64,000 bases of DNA, taken from Balanoglossus misakiensis (lineage: Eukaryota; Animalia; Hemichordata). The stretch is from assembly GCA_040954595.2 (NCBI GenBank), contig CM082592.2, positions 1,364,001-1,428,000 of the forward strand. Direction: 5' to 3'. Below are positions 11,717 through 24,138 of this stretch, in pieces. Within the stretch, counting starts at the first letter, position 1, and every line of letters starts with the position of its first letter. The position numbers and the translations under genes were made by a program. The notes under the pieces were generated by a model. That model saw only the letters and a list, made by a program, of their open reading frames with translations. It had not been told where the DNA came from and ran no database searches.

Positions 11717-11902
11717 AGGTATACGGTCACCTATGGAAAATTAGCTATAGTTACCATGGCAAACTGAGATCTAGCCAATCACCGATTTTCAGGGGGTGGC
11801 ACACGCGAAAAAAAGAGCGCCAACATATGTTCTTTCGAACGCTCAAATACGCTATTTCAGCCATATATGTGGGCATGTAAATTGGGGGGTGACTGTATGC
11901 CT
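11717..11902. mobile_element. ~185-bp Kolobok-type MITE, copy 1
   Basis: TTAA|AGGTATACGGTCACC...GGTGACTGTATGCCT|TTAA. Confidence 0.8.
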
Positions 11903-12475
11903 TTAATAAACTTAGCATAAACGCGACGTCCTCAAGGAACAAAGAATAAAATATTTCGTGGGTTTGTTTGGTGTGGACGAGAACTGCAATAAAGCTGGGT
12001 CATCAGTGTTAACTTTATGTGCAAAACCACCCCGTACGTGTACCTCTTACTCTAAGCACCGTACGTTATGTGCGATCTCGTCTTTAACAGTAAAGGCGAT
12101 GTGTACGCATGCGTGCGCGCCCGCGACTGATCTACTCTGTGTATGTATATTTGAGGTACAAAAAATACAGGGTATGAAACGCATTTTCAGCCCACCGCTA
12201 TTTGGTAACTATTACGAAGAGAATCGCTACCAAATCAGAGTATGCGTTTTAGATAAGATAGAAACCTAATATCTGGCGTTTCATTTTTCAAAAGTCGGTC
12301 GAACATTCAAGAAATTATTGATCGAAAAGTGTCACGTGTCCTGGGGACGTGCGTTACCGATGTAAAATGGCGTTTTGGCGATGTCGCAAATTTCGCTCTA
12401 CAAGGTATACGTAGGACATGCTGTTTTCATGAATAAAAATGCTATCATATTTAACAGTGATGCACATAAACAGCT

Positions 12476-12935
12476 ATGGGGGCCCGTTCTGGTCAAAATT
12501 GTAGTTTATTAATAAAACGTGTAAGAATTAATTTTATAGAGCCTGGAATTAATTTTACCAGTAAATAGAATTATTTTTTATGTGCTTTAATTATTTTTTG
12601 TAGTCATGCAGAATTAATTTTATGTGTTCTAAATATTTATTTTAGCTTATCTTTGTTAGAAATAATTTTGCCAACATCTCGAATTATTTTTACGTGTAGA
12701 CTCGAATTAATTACAGGTGTAGTGTCGAATTAAAGGTATACGGTCACCTATGGAAAATTAGCTATAGTTACCATGGCAAATTGAGATCTAGCCAATCACA
12801 GATTTTCAGTGGGTGGCACACGCGAAAAAAGAGCGCCACCATATGTTCTTTAGAAAGCTCGAATACACCATTACAGCCATATATGGGCGTATGTAAATTG
12901 GAGGTGACTGTATACCTTTAATATCACGTGTTTGG
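12476..12935 (-). mobile_element. Non-autonomous element with internal ~21-22-bp AATTAATTC minisatellite (inverted copy at 20325-20655)
   Basis: End ATGGGGGCCCGTTCTGGTC, repeated (A)AATTAATTC motifs, interrupted by the MITE at 12734-12917. Confidence 0.6.
12734..12917. mobile_element. ~185-bp Kolobok-type MITE, copy 2
   Basis: Same TIR and TTAA TSD as 11717-11902. Absent from the paralogous site near 20400. Confidence 0.8.
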
Positions 12936-13239
12936 TGCTGAGCATGTCTTTCTCGCCGCATAAAGTTCGAAAAGGGGCCATTGTACAAGTTGTGAGACGT
13001 TTTGGGGCGATTTGCTGTCCAATATAAATGCAGTGTGCTCGATAACGGCGATCGGTGCACAAGTTTTCGTCTACAGACGGAATTTTGTAGTCACTACGCA
13101 GTTGGGGTAATCGCCAGCATTTCCTATGGCAATGCTAGTGAGCTGTGGTGTGGCGGCATCGGTAAAGGCCGAGTTACACCATAAGGAGCTGCAAACATTA
13201 AGCAGTAAATTCCCCCTTTCTTGAGGAACTTTGCATTAA

Positions 13240-14058
13240 AGGCACGTAAGCTGCAACTGGATAAAAAAATTAAAGTTTTAAATAATCTCATATATGCTTT
13301 TAATTATGTCTATTTAAGCAATAAAACACCCCCGGCCATGGTATACCACGAGATTTTGACCAGTTCACGACATATACGCACGAGCGATAGCGAGTGCGTA
13401 TATGGAGTCGAACTGGTCAAAATCGAGTGGTATACCATGGCTGGGGATGTTTTATTGCTATTATATTATGCCAGTATATTGAAACTTTGCATAAAACATT
13501 TTAAAAAGGCATTTTCTTTGACTATGATATATGACTGTGGTATATGGCTAATATATCACGGTCACGTGACGTGTCTCGACCAATCAAATGGCGTGATTTA
13601 CACCATCAATATACTGGTATAATATAATAAATGATATTTCATGATAATATATCAAGCTCAACACTTATTTATGACAAAATGGCCAAAAGTTAAAGAAAAA
13701 CGAAAATTCCTGCAATTTTAAAAAAAGTGCAATATTGCAATGAAAAATGAAAATCTGATGTCTCAGTGGTGTACATTTACTGCCATGAGCTCAAGTGGAT
13801 GAGATCATGTTTTGTTTATGAAGTTTCAAAACTGGAAATGCAACATTTTCATTGTTTCTTGCATTTTCCCACGGTGGCGGCCATAATCGCTTGCGGCAAA
13901 GCTTTATTATTTATATGGTTAAAACTTGCATATGCACTCATATTTAGGGTTTATAATGCTTGTTTATAGTTCACTGCCTTCATCTGCATGGACTAATGGT
14001 AGTGCAGTTTGAAACAAAAATTATGAAAATTATCCCAAAAGTTACAGCTTACGTGCCT
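13240..14058. mobile_element. Kolobok-type MITE family B, copy 1
   Basis: TTAA|AGGCACGTAAGCTG...CAGCTTACGTGCCT|TTAA, with an inverted second copy at 29591-30976. Confidence 0.82.
13315..13627. mobile_element. Palindromic non-autonomous insert (Crypton-like)
   Basis: Absent from the second copy of the host MITE. Long internal hairpin centred on ACGAGCGATAGCGAGT (13316-13460), no clear TSD. The superfamily call is tentative. Confidence 0.55.
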
Positions 14059-14132
14059 TTAACGCTGTTCCGATGTACTTTTTTTCTACAATAAACATTA
14101 CTTGCTGAACAATCTCTGTACTTAGACAGTAG

Positions 14133-14893
14133 GGCTGCATTCACAAACACCTCTGGAGGGGGGAGAATTGAGGGGGGATTTGAAAAAAAATTGAGGGTAT
14201 GTAAGGGAGGGATTTGAAATAATTTAGGGAATGAAGAGGGGGACTTGAAAACTTTGACGACTAAATATTTATTTTGAGTCCACAAAAATGCAGTTTCGCG
14301 CTCTTTATTTTACAAAATTTTCTAATACCCACCCCCTCCATTCATCAACACATTTCAATCATTGACTGGTTTAGGCCTAGGTCAGGGGACTTGCCCCCAC
14401 CCCATGATAACTTTGAGCGGCGACGGTTAAATTTGTCCTCCCCAACATACCGGTAGTTGAGTTAATTTGCTTTTGCCGGGTTCATTAAAATGCAGCTTTG
14501 AGCTCTGTATTTTACAAAATTTTCTTACGTGCGAGGGGGACACCCCCCTCCCAAACCCACCCCCTTCAATTCTCGGTTTACAATGTCTCGCAACACAGAA
14601 TAAAAATACTTAAAAAATAAAAAACATGTTCAGTTTTAATACCCACTGATGAGGGGAAACAACAGTTTCAAATTCTCTTCATGGGAGCGCTGTTTTTCTT
14701 TTTTACAAGATAGATAGGTGATGTGTTTTGCCTTGTGAAAGAAAATGGGGGGGGGGTTCAAAATTTTGGCAGTTCGGAAAGGGGTTTTGAAAATATTTCG
14801 GGTCGTATACGGGGGGGGGCATGTGAAAATTAGCGGTAAAAAAATTGAATTCTGACGACCCCCCCCCCCCCAGAGGTGTTTGTAAATGCAGCC
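14133..14893. mobile_element. PIF/Harbinger-type MITE, copy 2
   Basis: Same TIR as 2990-3710, TSD TAG/TAG. Confidence 0.85.
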
Positions 14894-17477
14894 TAGAGGA
14901 GGTGGAGACTTCGGGGTCTACCCCTCTACTGTCTATGCCCCACACCCTATCTTATCAGTTGTAAATCTAGAATGCAAGCTATCCAATTAAATATGGTTTA
15001 TGTAGAGAGAGACTTTGTCCTTTTAATTTAAATTTATTTAAACAAAACTTAAGTTTACAAGGAAATATTAAGGAATACTTTATTCGCCGTTTCCCGGGAT
15101 CTGGGCCCTACAGCTATTTCTTAGTTCGGAAAATAACAAATTAACACAATTTTCGTATGTTCAGATGTCAAAATTTATTCGATCGAGGCGAACTGGCAAC
15201 GCGGGGTAACAGCTAGCACTGCGTACAGGTCTGTGTGTTCCCGGCGTTACACGGCCTCCACGCCGAGAACACTACACAGAGCTAAGGCAAAGCTGTATTA
15301 ACCGCCATCTTGAAAAACGCGTTGCATTGTGGGACGACCTGGGGGAGTACCTGAAGACCCATAGCATTGTAATGTAGACACCTACCGAGACACTCTGCTC
15401 CTTCCAAGCGTTGTTTAGGTCCCATTGGTATAGGCATATCACTGCATGTGGAGTTTCCGTTGTAACCATCACCCGGAAATGCCACTGATATGCCGCATTT
15501 AACGTAACCGCCACACATATCCGTTCAGCGGATCTATTACATAACCGCCCGTACGCTCAGTAACCGTTCACTGTAGTCGGTATCCATTTCAAATCCCTAT
15601 ACCTGGACATAATTGCGTAGGTCAGCCGATGGTTAGCTTTCACAAGCCACATAAAACAAGATCGCAACAGCGGTAGAGACTGCTGGATTCGACTCGGACT
15701 CAAGCGGTCGCGAGAGATATGCCACGCATACCGCATGCGATGCGCGCGATGCCTTGTTCATAAGAAGTTCCATGTCGCATCGCGTCATGAGGCTACGTAC
15801 GGTCAATCTGAAAGGCGTATCAGTTTTACACTCCGAAGTCGTGGTTTTACTCTGCTATGTGCAAAAGTTGTAAATTAATCTGTGTTGCAGATCGTGGTTA
15901 AATAAAAAAATAAAGTGAAAATAATGCCACTCCTAGAATCAATAAAGGTGTTTGTAAGAAAGAGCTGGCGTTGAAGTAATAGGCAAAAGGCAGTGAACAA
16001 TTACGAGACGACGAACCGAATTAGCTAACAATCTTTATAAAGAAAACACACCAAGCGATTTCTTTCGGCCTATACAAGCCAAAAGACATGTAGTATGAAA
16101 ATTCGTTGTGTAGTATCCATTATTGTTCGTGTGTACAGTATCATGTGGTAGTTTAAAAACAATAAATTGTCAAATATTTCCTTTAAGAATTTTGACCTGA
16201 CTTACGATCATGATCATACCTTTGAAAAGATTTGCTAATTCCGGTTTGGCAGAGTGGACTTGTGAGAATTGAGTGTGGTGTACAATAATGAACTGGAAAT
16301 AATATCAAGCGGGCCTACAATATTGCATGGGCCATGTCCTTTTTGTTTAAAAAAACATAAAAGAAAAGACTGTAGTTGTCAAGCACCGGGTGCAAACACA
16401 GTGTAGAAAGCACGACGATGTCCTCTACGTCTGAAATAAACAATTCAGTTATATGAAAGAAAGTCCTAAAACCTGCGAAAGAAGGAAAGAATCATGTTAT
16501 CACCACAGGTTACCGCAGAGGGAGGCGAACCCGCACACTGGCACCTGTCATTACATTAAACACGTTACTGAAACACGTTACCCAATAAGCTATCTAACGA
16601 TGCGCATTTGTTGACTAGTAAACATGGTAGTTAATACCGTCACCAATGAACGCATGCAACGCCCAACAACTCTTCATGACAAAGAAGCTGTATAAATCGT
16701 TTGTGGTACTTCCATACAGCCCATGGAGAGACTGTGTAATCCATGACACATGGAAACACATTCGTTTTTTAATATACTGTCTACAGTTTTACTAGGAAAT
16801 ACGAAACCCATAGCAGTGCAGTCCACATTATCTATATGTGCACGTACCATTGTATCCCGGGGTACGCTTGGTTGTACGTTGTACAATGTACTAGTAGCCC
16901 AGTCCACGTACAGGCCGAGCGTATAGGCCCGAGGGGGGGGGGGTTACTTCGAAAATTTTCGGACCTGGTCCGTCTACCGCCCAAGTTGGACACACCGACC
17001 CGTGCAAATGCCAATAACCGACCCAGTGAAATTTTCTTAAAGAATTTGGACATTTCCGGAAAAAAAAATTTCCAGAATTTTCCCCAGATCCTCCAGCCGC
17101 CCTAGAAATCAAATGGTCCATCCCTAAGTAATTATGAACAGTAAAACGTGTCCATTACGGACATACTTGGGGCAATTTTTGCAAGCATTGCATGTACCCA
17201 CGATCTAGAAAGTGAAAACAGTTTGAATTTATATCATGGAAATTCCAAAAGGTAACGCCACTAAACAGCGGGGCGAATTAATATACACGAGAAATCACAC
17301 ACGCAGAGTAAACACACGGTGGTGGGACTGCACTGTGACCGTAGCGGCCAGCTGCGAAGGGACATGAATTGTCTCTGCGATTGCGTGAAAGCACTCTTCA
17401 ATTCGTGAATGAATTCAAAACGTAAAATTAACTGAAACGATTGAGAATGAAAATCAACACTGAGTTTCTTGAAAATT

Positions 17478-17846
17478 GGGGTTTGGCCGCTCCACTATAT
17501 TGCCAATGCATCGAATCTTTTCAGAGCAAGAAATAGCAGCTTATCACTCGCTTAAACATAACAGATCGAAACATATGTATTCACATTACAAATCAAGCAA
17601 AAAACGTTTGGGGGTCTTATGATCGGAAGCGGCACTATGATGCAGTTAGCAGTTATTATATGGCACTGGAAGTCTAGTATATTTTGCTATTCTTAATTAT
17701 TGACGGTGGAGTGAAACACATTGCCTGGAACACTGACGTGAATACATATGTTTCAATCTTTTATGTTTAAGCGAGTGATAAGCTGCTATTTCTTGCTCCG
17801 AAAAGATTCGATGCAACTCCAAATTTGGCGACGTAGCCAATACCCG
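17478..17846. repeat. ~110-bp imperfect inverted repeat (MITE-like)
   Basis: 17478-17586 is the reverse complement of 17737-17846. No clear TSD. Confidence 0.65.
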
Positions 17847-18089
17847 TTTCAGTGTTTAATAAGTGTATAACTCATAGCTAAGCAAAATTTAGAACTATTA
17901 CCCACTCTTCAAAACATTGTGATGAAATGCTCGAGACTCAGATCTGGAAAGACCTTAGTCTGAAATTTAGCAGTGACTTTCTGGTGACATTGAATGTGAC
18001 ATACATAATAATTAAACTGTCTGGGCACGCAACCTCCCGCCTTTATCAGTTAAGCTTTTGACTCCTTAGGTTCATTGCAATAACATGTG

Positions 18090-18288
18090 AAATTATTTCG
18101 TGAGCACGAGATAATTATCTCGTGAGGACGAGATAATTATCTCGTGCGCACGACTTAGTATCTCGTGCGCACGACTTAGTATCTCGTGCTCACGACTTAG
18201 TATCTCGTGCGCACGACTTAGTATCTCGTGCTCACGAGATAAAACATTTTTTTTTGCTTTACGAAATGTCCCTAACGGGCTTTCATAC
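18090..18288 (+). repeat. 21-bp minisatellite (TATCTCGTGC[G/T]CACGACTTAG) at the end of a non-autonomous element
   Basis: About 7 head-to-tail palindromic units followed by ...CTAACGGGCTTTCATAC. Confidence 0.75.
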
Positions 18289-18774
18289 AGGAATATTCAA
18301 AATTTAGCAAGTTATTTTGTAAGTTTCTTTGTTTTTGGTTAGCAAATCTTCTCCTAAACCAATTGTCCAGTTGTTTTGAAAGTTACTGTTTACAAGGAGT
18401 TGTGACCCCTAACTTAGACATGTTTACATAACTTTTATAGGCCAGCTGTTACAGAGACCACCGGCTATTAAATTTTCAATCACCAGTGGCAGGTCAGTGT
18501 GTGTCTGTCTGTCTGTTCCAGGGCTGACTGAAAGAAGTTGCTTCTCATATGTGTTTGTACAGACAATTTTTAGTCAATTTTTTTTCTAGCACCACTTGTA
18601 AGACTGCCATGACACATGACAGTTTATTGGGCATGTTCCTTGTTAATTTTTTAAATTTCCATATTTCTATATCGTAAGATCATATCTGCTTGCAATGTCA
18701 CCTGTAATTTTTATTCTGGTGTGTCACTGTTTCCGCATAATCCTCAAATGGGACCACAGTGTCCTTGACGCTAT

Positions 18775-19972
18775 TTTTTTATAGACAAACTCTCATTGCA
18801 AGGTCAGATTTCAGTTCTAATAGCCGTCTTCTGTTCAGAAAAGTATTATTATTATCGTCGAGCCGTTCCAGAAGATTTGTGAGGCTCCAACGATAGCGAG
18901 TGTTGCCATTATTCATTGGTATTAAGTGCTGCTGCTATGTGTCTGACAAATTCGTTTTTGAATACGTTCAAGTGGAATTTTCGTGACACAATTACAATAA
19001 CTGTAAAATAACTAAAAATAACAAACTCTCCATAAAGTATGACCAGATCTCTGATGCTGATTACTTGGCTAGGATTACAGATGAACATGCCACGCCCCTT
19101 TTCAAAAAACTGTCAAAACCGCTCTGAATAATGCACAAAAATGAAAAGAATTTTTTTTGCATAAACTGTTGATTAGCATGTATTTCAATTGACACTGTTC
19201 CCAAAAAGTACCACAATTTTGTAAAACTGCTAATTCTTCTTGGTAAATGGAGCATACACAAATATTGGGTCACAGAGAGAAAGACACCTATTGAAATAAT
19301 CCTTAAGAACGAGTTCATGTTAAAACATCATTTTGAAAAAGAAATTTACAAAAGAGATGACATGTTAAAAATGTTTGATAAGGTCAACAATATTATGTAA
19401 TTGATTTATATTTATACTTGCCTGTTATCTAGTTTCTTTTGTAATTTTTTTTTTTTTGTAATACTTCTATTTGCTTTTCTCTCTTTGGAACGGAATTTCT
19501 TTTTTTTACAATAAAAGACAAAAAAAGTTTCTCTTTCAAATGTTTTTTTGTTGTTATGTAAACCAGTAAGTGAATATGGAGATGGAAGAAAAAAAAGCGT
19601 GAACGGCTTTATTATAATGCAAGCCAAGCTGTGAAAATTAAGGCCAGCCATGAAAGCGTCCTTTCAAAGACTAATTTCGCTAAGTCTTGTTAGACGAAAA
19701 TACAACAAATTAGACCACAAAACGATTGCAATGATCTCCATTATGTGTTGAAATTCTAGTTTTTCATACCCTTCTACGTCGGTGTCACGAAAATTTTGTC
19801 AAACACACAGCAACAGCACTTAATACCAATGAATAATGGCAACACCCGCTATCGTTGGATACTCAAAAATCTTCTGGAATGGCTCGATGATAATAATAAT
19901 ACTTTTCAGAACAGAAGACGGCTATTAGAACTGAAATCTGACCTTGCAATGAGAGTTTGTCAGAAAAAAAAA
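18775..19972. mobile_element. Long-TIR (~200 bp) non-autonomous element, right end truncated
   Basis: 18775-18990 is the reverse complement of 19782-19972, with an AT-rich non-coding interior. Duplicated at 24459-25651. Confidence 0.6.
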
Positions 19973-22377
19973 GGTTTGGAGGAACAGAGTGTCTCGGTAG
20001 ATGTCTACATTACAATGCTATGGGTCTTCAGGTACTCCCCCCGGTCGTCCCACAATGCAACGCGTTTTTCAAGATGGCGGTTAATACAGCTGGCGATTAC
20101 ACCAACTGGTAGTGGTTTTGAGTGGTTTGACTAGAAAATTCCGTTTGTAGACCAAAACTCGTGCACCGATCGCCGTTATCGAGCACACTGCATTTATATT
20201 GTATAGCAAACCGCCCCAAAACGTCTCACAACTTGTACAACGGCCCCTTTTCGAACTTTATGCGGCGAGAAAGACATGCTCAGCCGCCGCCATCTTGATT
20301 TACGCGCAAAGGATTGTGGGGGCAATATTAATTGGACACAACTCGTAAAATTAATTCGACACAACACGTGAAATTAATTCGACCAAACATGTGATATTAA
20401 TTCGACCCTACACCTGTAATTAACTCGAGTCTACACGTAAAAATAATTCGAGATGTTGGCAAAATTATTTCTAACAAAGATAAGCTAAAATAATTATTTA
20501 GAACACATAAAATTAATTCTGCATGACTACAAAAAATAATTAAAGCACATAAATAATAATTCTATATAATGGTAAAATTAATTCCAGGCTCCATAAAATT
20601 AATTCTAACACGTTTTATTAATAAACTACAATTTTGACCAGAACGGGCCCCCATGAACGTCCACCATGACTTGGAGGAGCTGAGCTGAGCTCACGCATAG
20701 TTTTATACACACGATATAAGACCTGCCGCTCGAACACGGCACTTCCGGTCACCAGATTCGCAATGGTTTTGTATACGGATTAGTTGTATTTTTCACGTTT
20801 TCCGTTTTTTATTCATGATTAATCCAACACTTTTCAAGACACATTCTAAGCAAAAATGAAAATTATTGACTACACTTCGATGGCACTCTGCTCCGTAGAA
20901 CAAAGTGTCCCCCTGTCCCCCCCTTTTTGGTAACGCACGTCGCCAGACTCCATGAGAGCGATTGCATACCCTTCCTAACATACCCTGTATACGAGCGCGT
21001 CTGTCCTGGCTAGCAACGGAGTCGTACGATCGTCTGCCGCGCGCGCTAGGCCGGGCGCGTGCAGTTGTAGATTGCGCCATCACTTCCGCGTTCGTCTGCC
21101 GCGCGCGCTAGGCCGGGCGCGTGCAGTTGTAGATTGCGCCATCACTTCCGCGTTCGTTCGCATATTCTGCAAGTCCAGCTGTATCACGTCAGACATGCGT
21201 TTTGTCAGTGGAAAGGGGGGTATTCTCTCAGTAGGCCGTTCGTGAGTGCAGTTCTCGTTCGCACCAAAACAAAACAACAACAAAACGAATTTTTTTATAG
21301 TGTGTTCGTTTACGCTAAGTTATCCATACACTTTATTGTTCCATGACGCCCGTGGTTTCAAAGGACATGTTTTCTATGATATCGGAGACTTTGTGAAGTA
21401 AATCACAGTACATCCATTAATAGTCTGCGTGAGTGCATCCAAATATTAATTGTATGGTAGTACACCTTTTTCATAGCCCAGGAACACATTCAGATCTAAC
21501 CTGGTTTACCTGCAATTGTAGTGTCTTCTTTGTGTTTCCTGGTAGTTGGGTGAACATGAAATTTTTGCTTCGCTGTGATCATAAAATGTGCTATGAATAA
21601 TCTAGTCTATAGCCCTGTTTAGAACTACAAACCCTCCGCAGTTATTTATTGATTGTTGTCGAGTGGAAAATTCTGTTCCGTGGGGGCTGGGGGTCATCCA
21701 ATGATAGTGCTGGCAACAGCCGGAGTATGGAAAATACTATATTTGCAAGATCTTTGTATTGTGCGGGCAGTGGTGTGATAGATAGGTGCATGTCACAATT
21801 TGGCAGTGCTTCGGCTATTTTTAAACAGCGCCGTGTTTGATGCTGAGACCAGCGTGCGAGGTCAATCAGGACTAAATTTCAACAAACAAGACGCTCCCTT
21901 TTCAGTAAAACATGTGTATAAACTGTAACCATACAGATTATGACTGACAAAGTATATAGGAGAAGCAAAATAAATATGACAGTGACGATCACTGCTAAGA
22001 ATGTCACCCAATTATATAGTGCTGGCAACAACCGGAGTACGGAAAAACTATATTTGCAAGGTCTTTGGATTGTGCGGGCAGAGGTGTGATAGATAGCTTC
22101 ATGTCACAATTCGGCAGTGCTTCAGCTATTTTTAAACAGTGTCGTATTTGTCCTCACGATCTTAAGTCCAGCATGCAGCAGGTTCGGCTGTAAACCAGAA
22201 AATAAAGGAAAAAATGTTGGTTTTGGCGACAAGAACATTTTAGTCCCTGCGGACGAAATCTTGGGGCTGAATACCTTGGGTTTTGTCCCGCCGTCCGTAT
22301 CACTCAGACATGCTTTGACCAAGTCCATTGAAGGACAATGTTATAGCATGACAATAAGGGGAATGTAATACATACAC

Positions 22378-24138
22378 CACAGGGGAATGCAGACATGACA
22401 GTTATAAATGGCGAAGTACGTTCTGTTCTGCGTTTTCCCAACCTGTCTTATCATTTGCTAATCCAGAATAAAAGCTATCCATTTCCCATTAATCACCTGC
22501 TAACGACTTAATTTGTGTGCCCCATCCACGGATTAAGTTGATAAAGTAAACATCGGTCAGCGAGTACTGGGTATAACAAGAGGAAACTCGCTCAAGGCAT
22601 GTCTGCAGTTTCGTACTTTTCAAGCCATGCCTGCCAATTAAACAGTCATCATCAGTTTTCTTATGCTTAAAAATGTGAGCAGCTCGCTTTGGACGCGTGG
22701 AAATTGCTTCGTTGTCTCAAAAACGTGACTGGACGTTCACTCGGCGATGTCCAGAGGTCGCCCGTAAAGCCGGAAACCACTTTTGACCTTTGACTGTTTA
22801 TTTCAAGACCACGTTAGCTTCAGAGGTAAACAAATTACCCAAGATACTTTGAGGTTTCAGTCGGGTCAAGCTTCAAACGCATAGGTTCACGCATAAGTCT
22901 ATGGTTCACGTTCGTTCATACGTCCCTGTATGCGGTCACTTGGACCAGTTCTCCGGTCACTTTGCATCAGTTGCACAAACACAGCTAAATTCAAATAGAA
23001 TGCATATTCTCGTAAAGTATTGGCTCCTTATCAGTAGAATCATGAATATACGGACTTTCATTCAAAGAAAAAAGCTACGAAGTCGACTCCCCTTCGGCCG
23101 GGAAGTCGGGACTTACTAGCCCACAGTGCACGCCTTTTCTATGACAAGTCCACATGACCGGCTTAACGGTCTAAAGCAACCGAAAGGCGCGTAAATGTTT
23201 GCGCCAATTTTGAAATCTGATACATGAACTTGTTCATGATGACTCGACAAGTACTAGAACAGCAATTTTGGTGGAAAAGCTCAAAAATATTGACGACAGG
23301 CCGACTGTTAAAGTGCAACTCTTGCGTAGCTACCGTAAAATGCGTAGTATGAAGGAAATGAACAATTGTATGCACCTCTTGTTTTCGGGCGATTCCGCAT
23401 AAGTTCAACCCGTACGACGTCGAAACTTCTATCGATTACTAATGAGTATACCCTGGCCATCAAATACTGCGACTCTTGAATATCGCGTGGATATCGCGAC
23501 TATCACTATATCGCGAATTTTCCGCGAAGTGGCCAGGTAATGGTACCGACCGGATACTGGTCTAGGGGGTGTACACGTTCACGATCGTGTAACGTCGACT
23601 TTTATCCACCTTTCTCGTATTGATTTTACCCACCGATATTCTCATGGAACGTCAACCATATTTCTTTTATTTCATATATGTATGTACCAGTACATGCACT
23701 TGTAATTTCGTTTTACAAGAAAGTTACAGCGACGGACAGGCGAATCAGTAAAACATTTAATTCGACCTGTTGTACCTCTTACAAGTGGCTATACGGGCCA
23801 GTTCATGTGATAACTCTATAAATATCGTAAAATCTGAATGTGCCGCCGAACAAGAACAGACGCCGCGCCAGGCAATGCGTTCATAATTCTTCCGTGCATT
23901 AAACTTATTCATGTAATAGCTCCCCGTTGATTTATGAATATATGAATATTAAGTGGTTTCCGGCTTTACGGGCAACCTCTGGACACGCCTTGAGCGAGTT
24001 TCCTCCATTTCTCTTCTTTTACCTAGTGAGAACTGACCGATGTTTACTTAATCCACTAAATCCCTGGATGGGGCACACAGATTAAGTAGTTAGCAGGTGC
24101 TTAATGGGAAATGTGATAGGTTTTATTCTGGATTAGCA
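22378..24138. mobile_element. P-superfamily-like non-autonomous DNA transposon, right end deleted
   Basis: Duplicate of 27586-29466 lacking the terminal part of the right TIR. Confidence 0.65.

Noticed and set aside
14640-14675. CTGATGAG...GAAAC hammerhead-like string
   Set aside because: Only about 3 nt lie between the core boxes, so stem II cannot form, and there is no stem I.
16508-16598. tRNA/SINE-like A and B boxes on the minus strand
   Set aside because: The boxes are degenerate, no cloverleaf forms and no second copy or tail is present.
17478-17846. Inverted repeat as the centre of the large inverted duplication
   Set aside because: It lies near the midpoint, but the 2 kb on either side do not mirror each other, so an independent MITE is the simpler explanation.
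18090-18240. CRISPR-like palindromic direct repeats
   Set aside because: Units are head-to-tail with no unique spacers, there are no cas genes and the context is eukaryotic.
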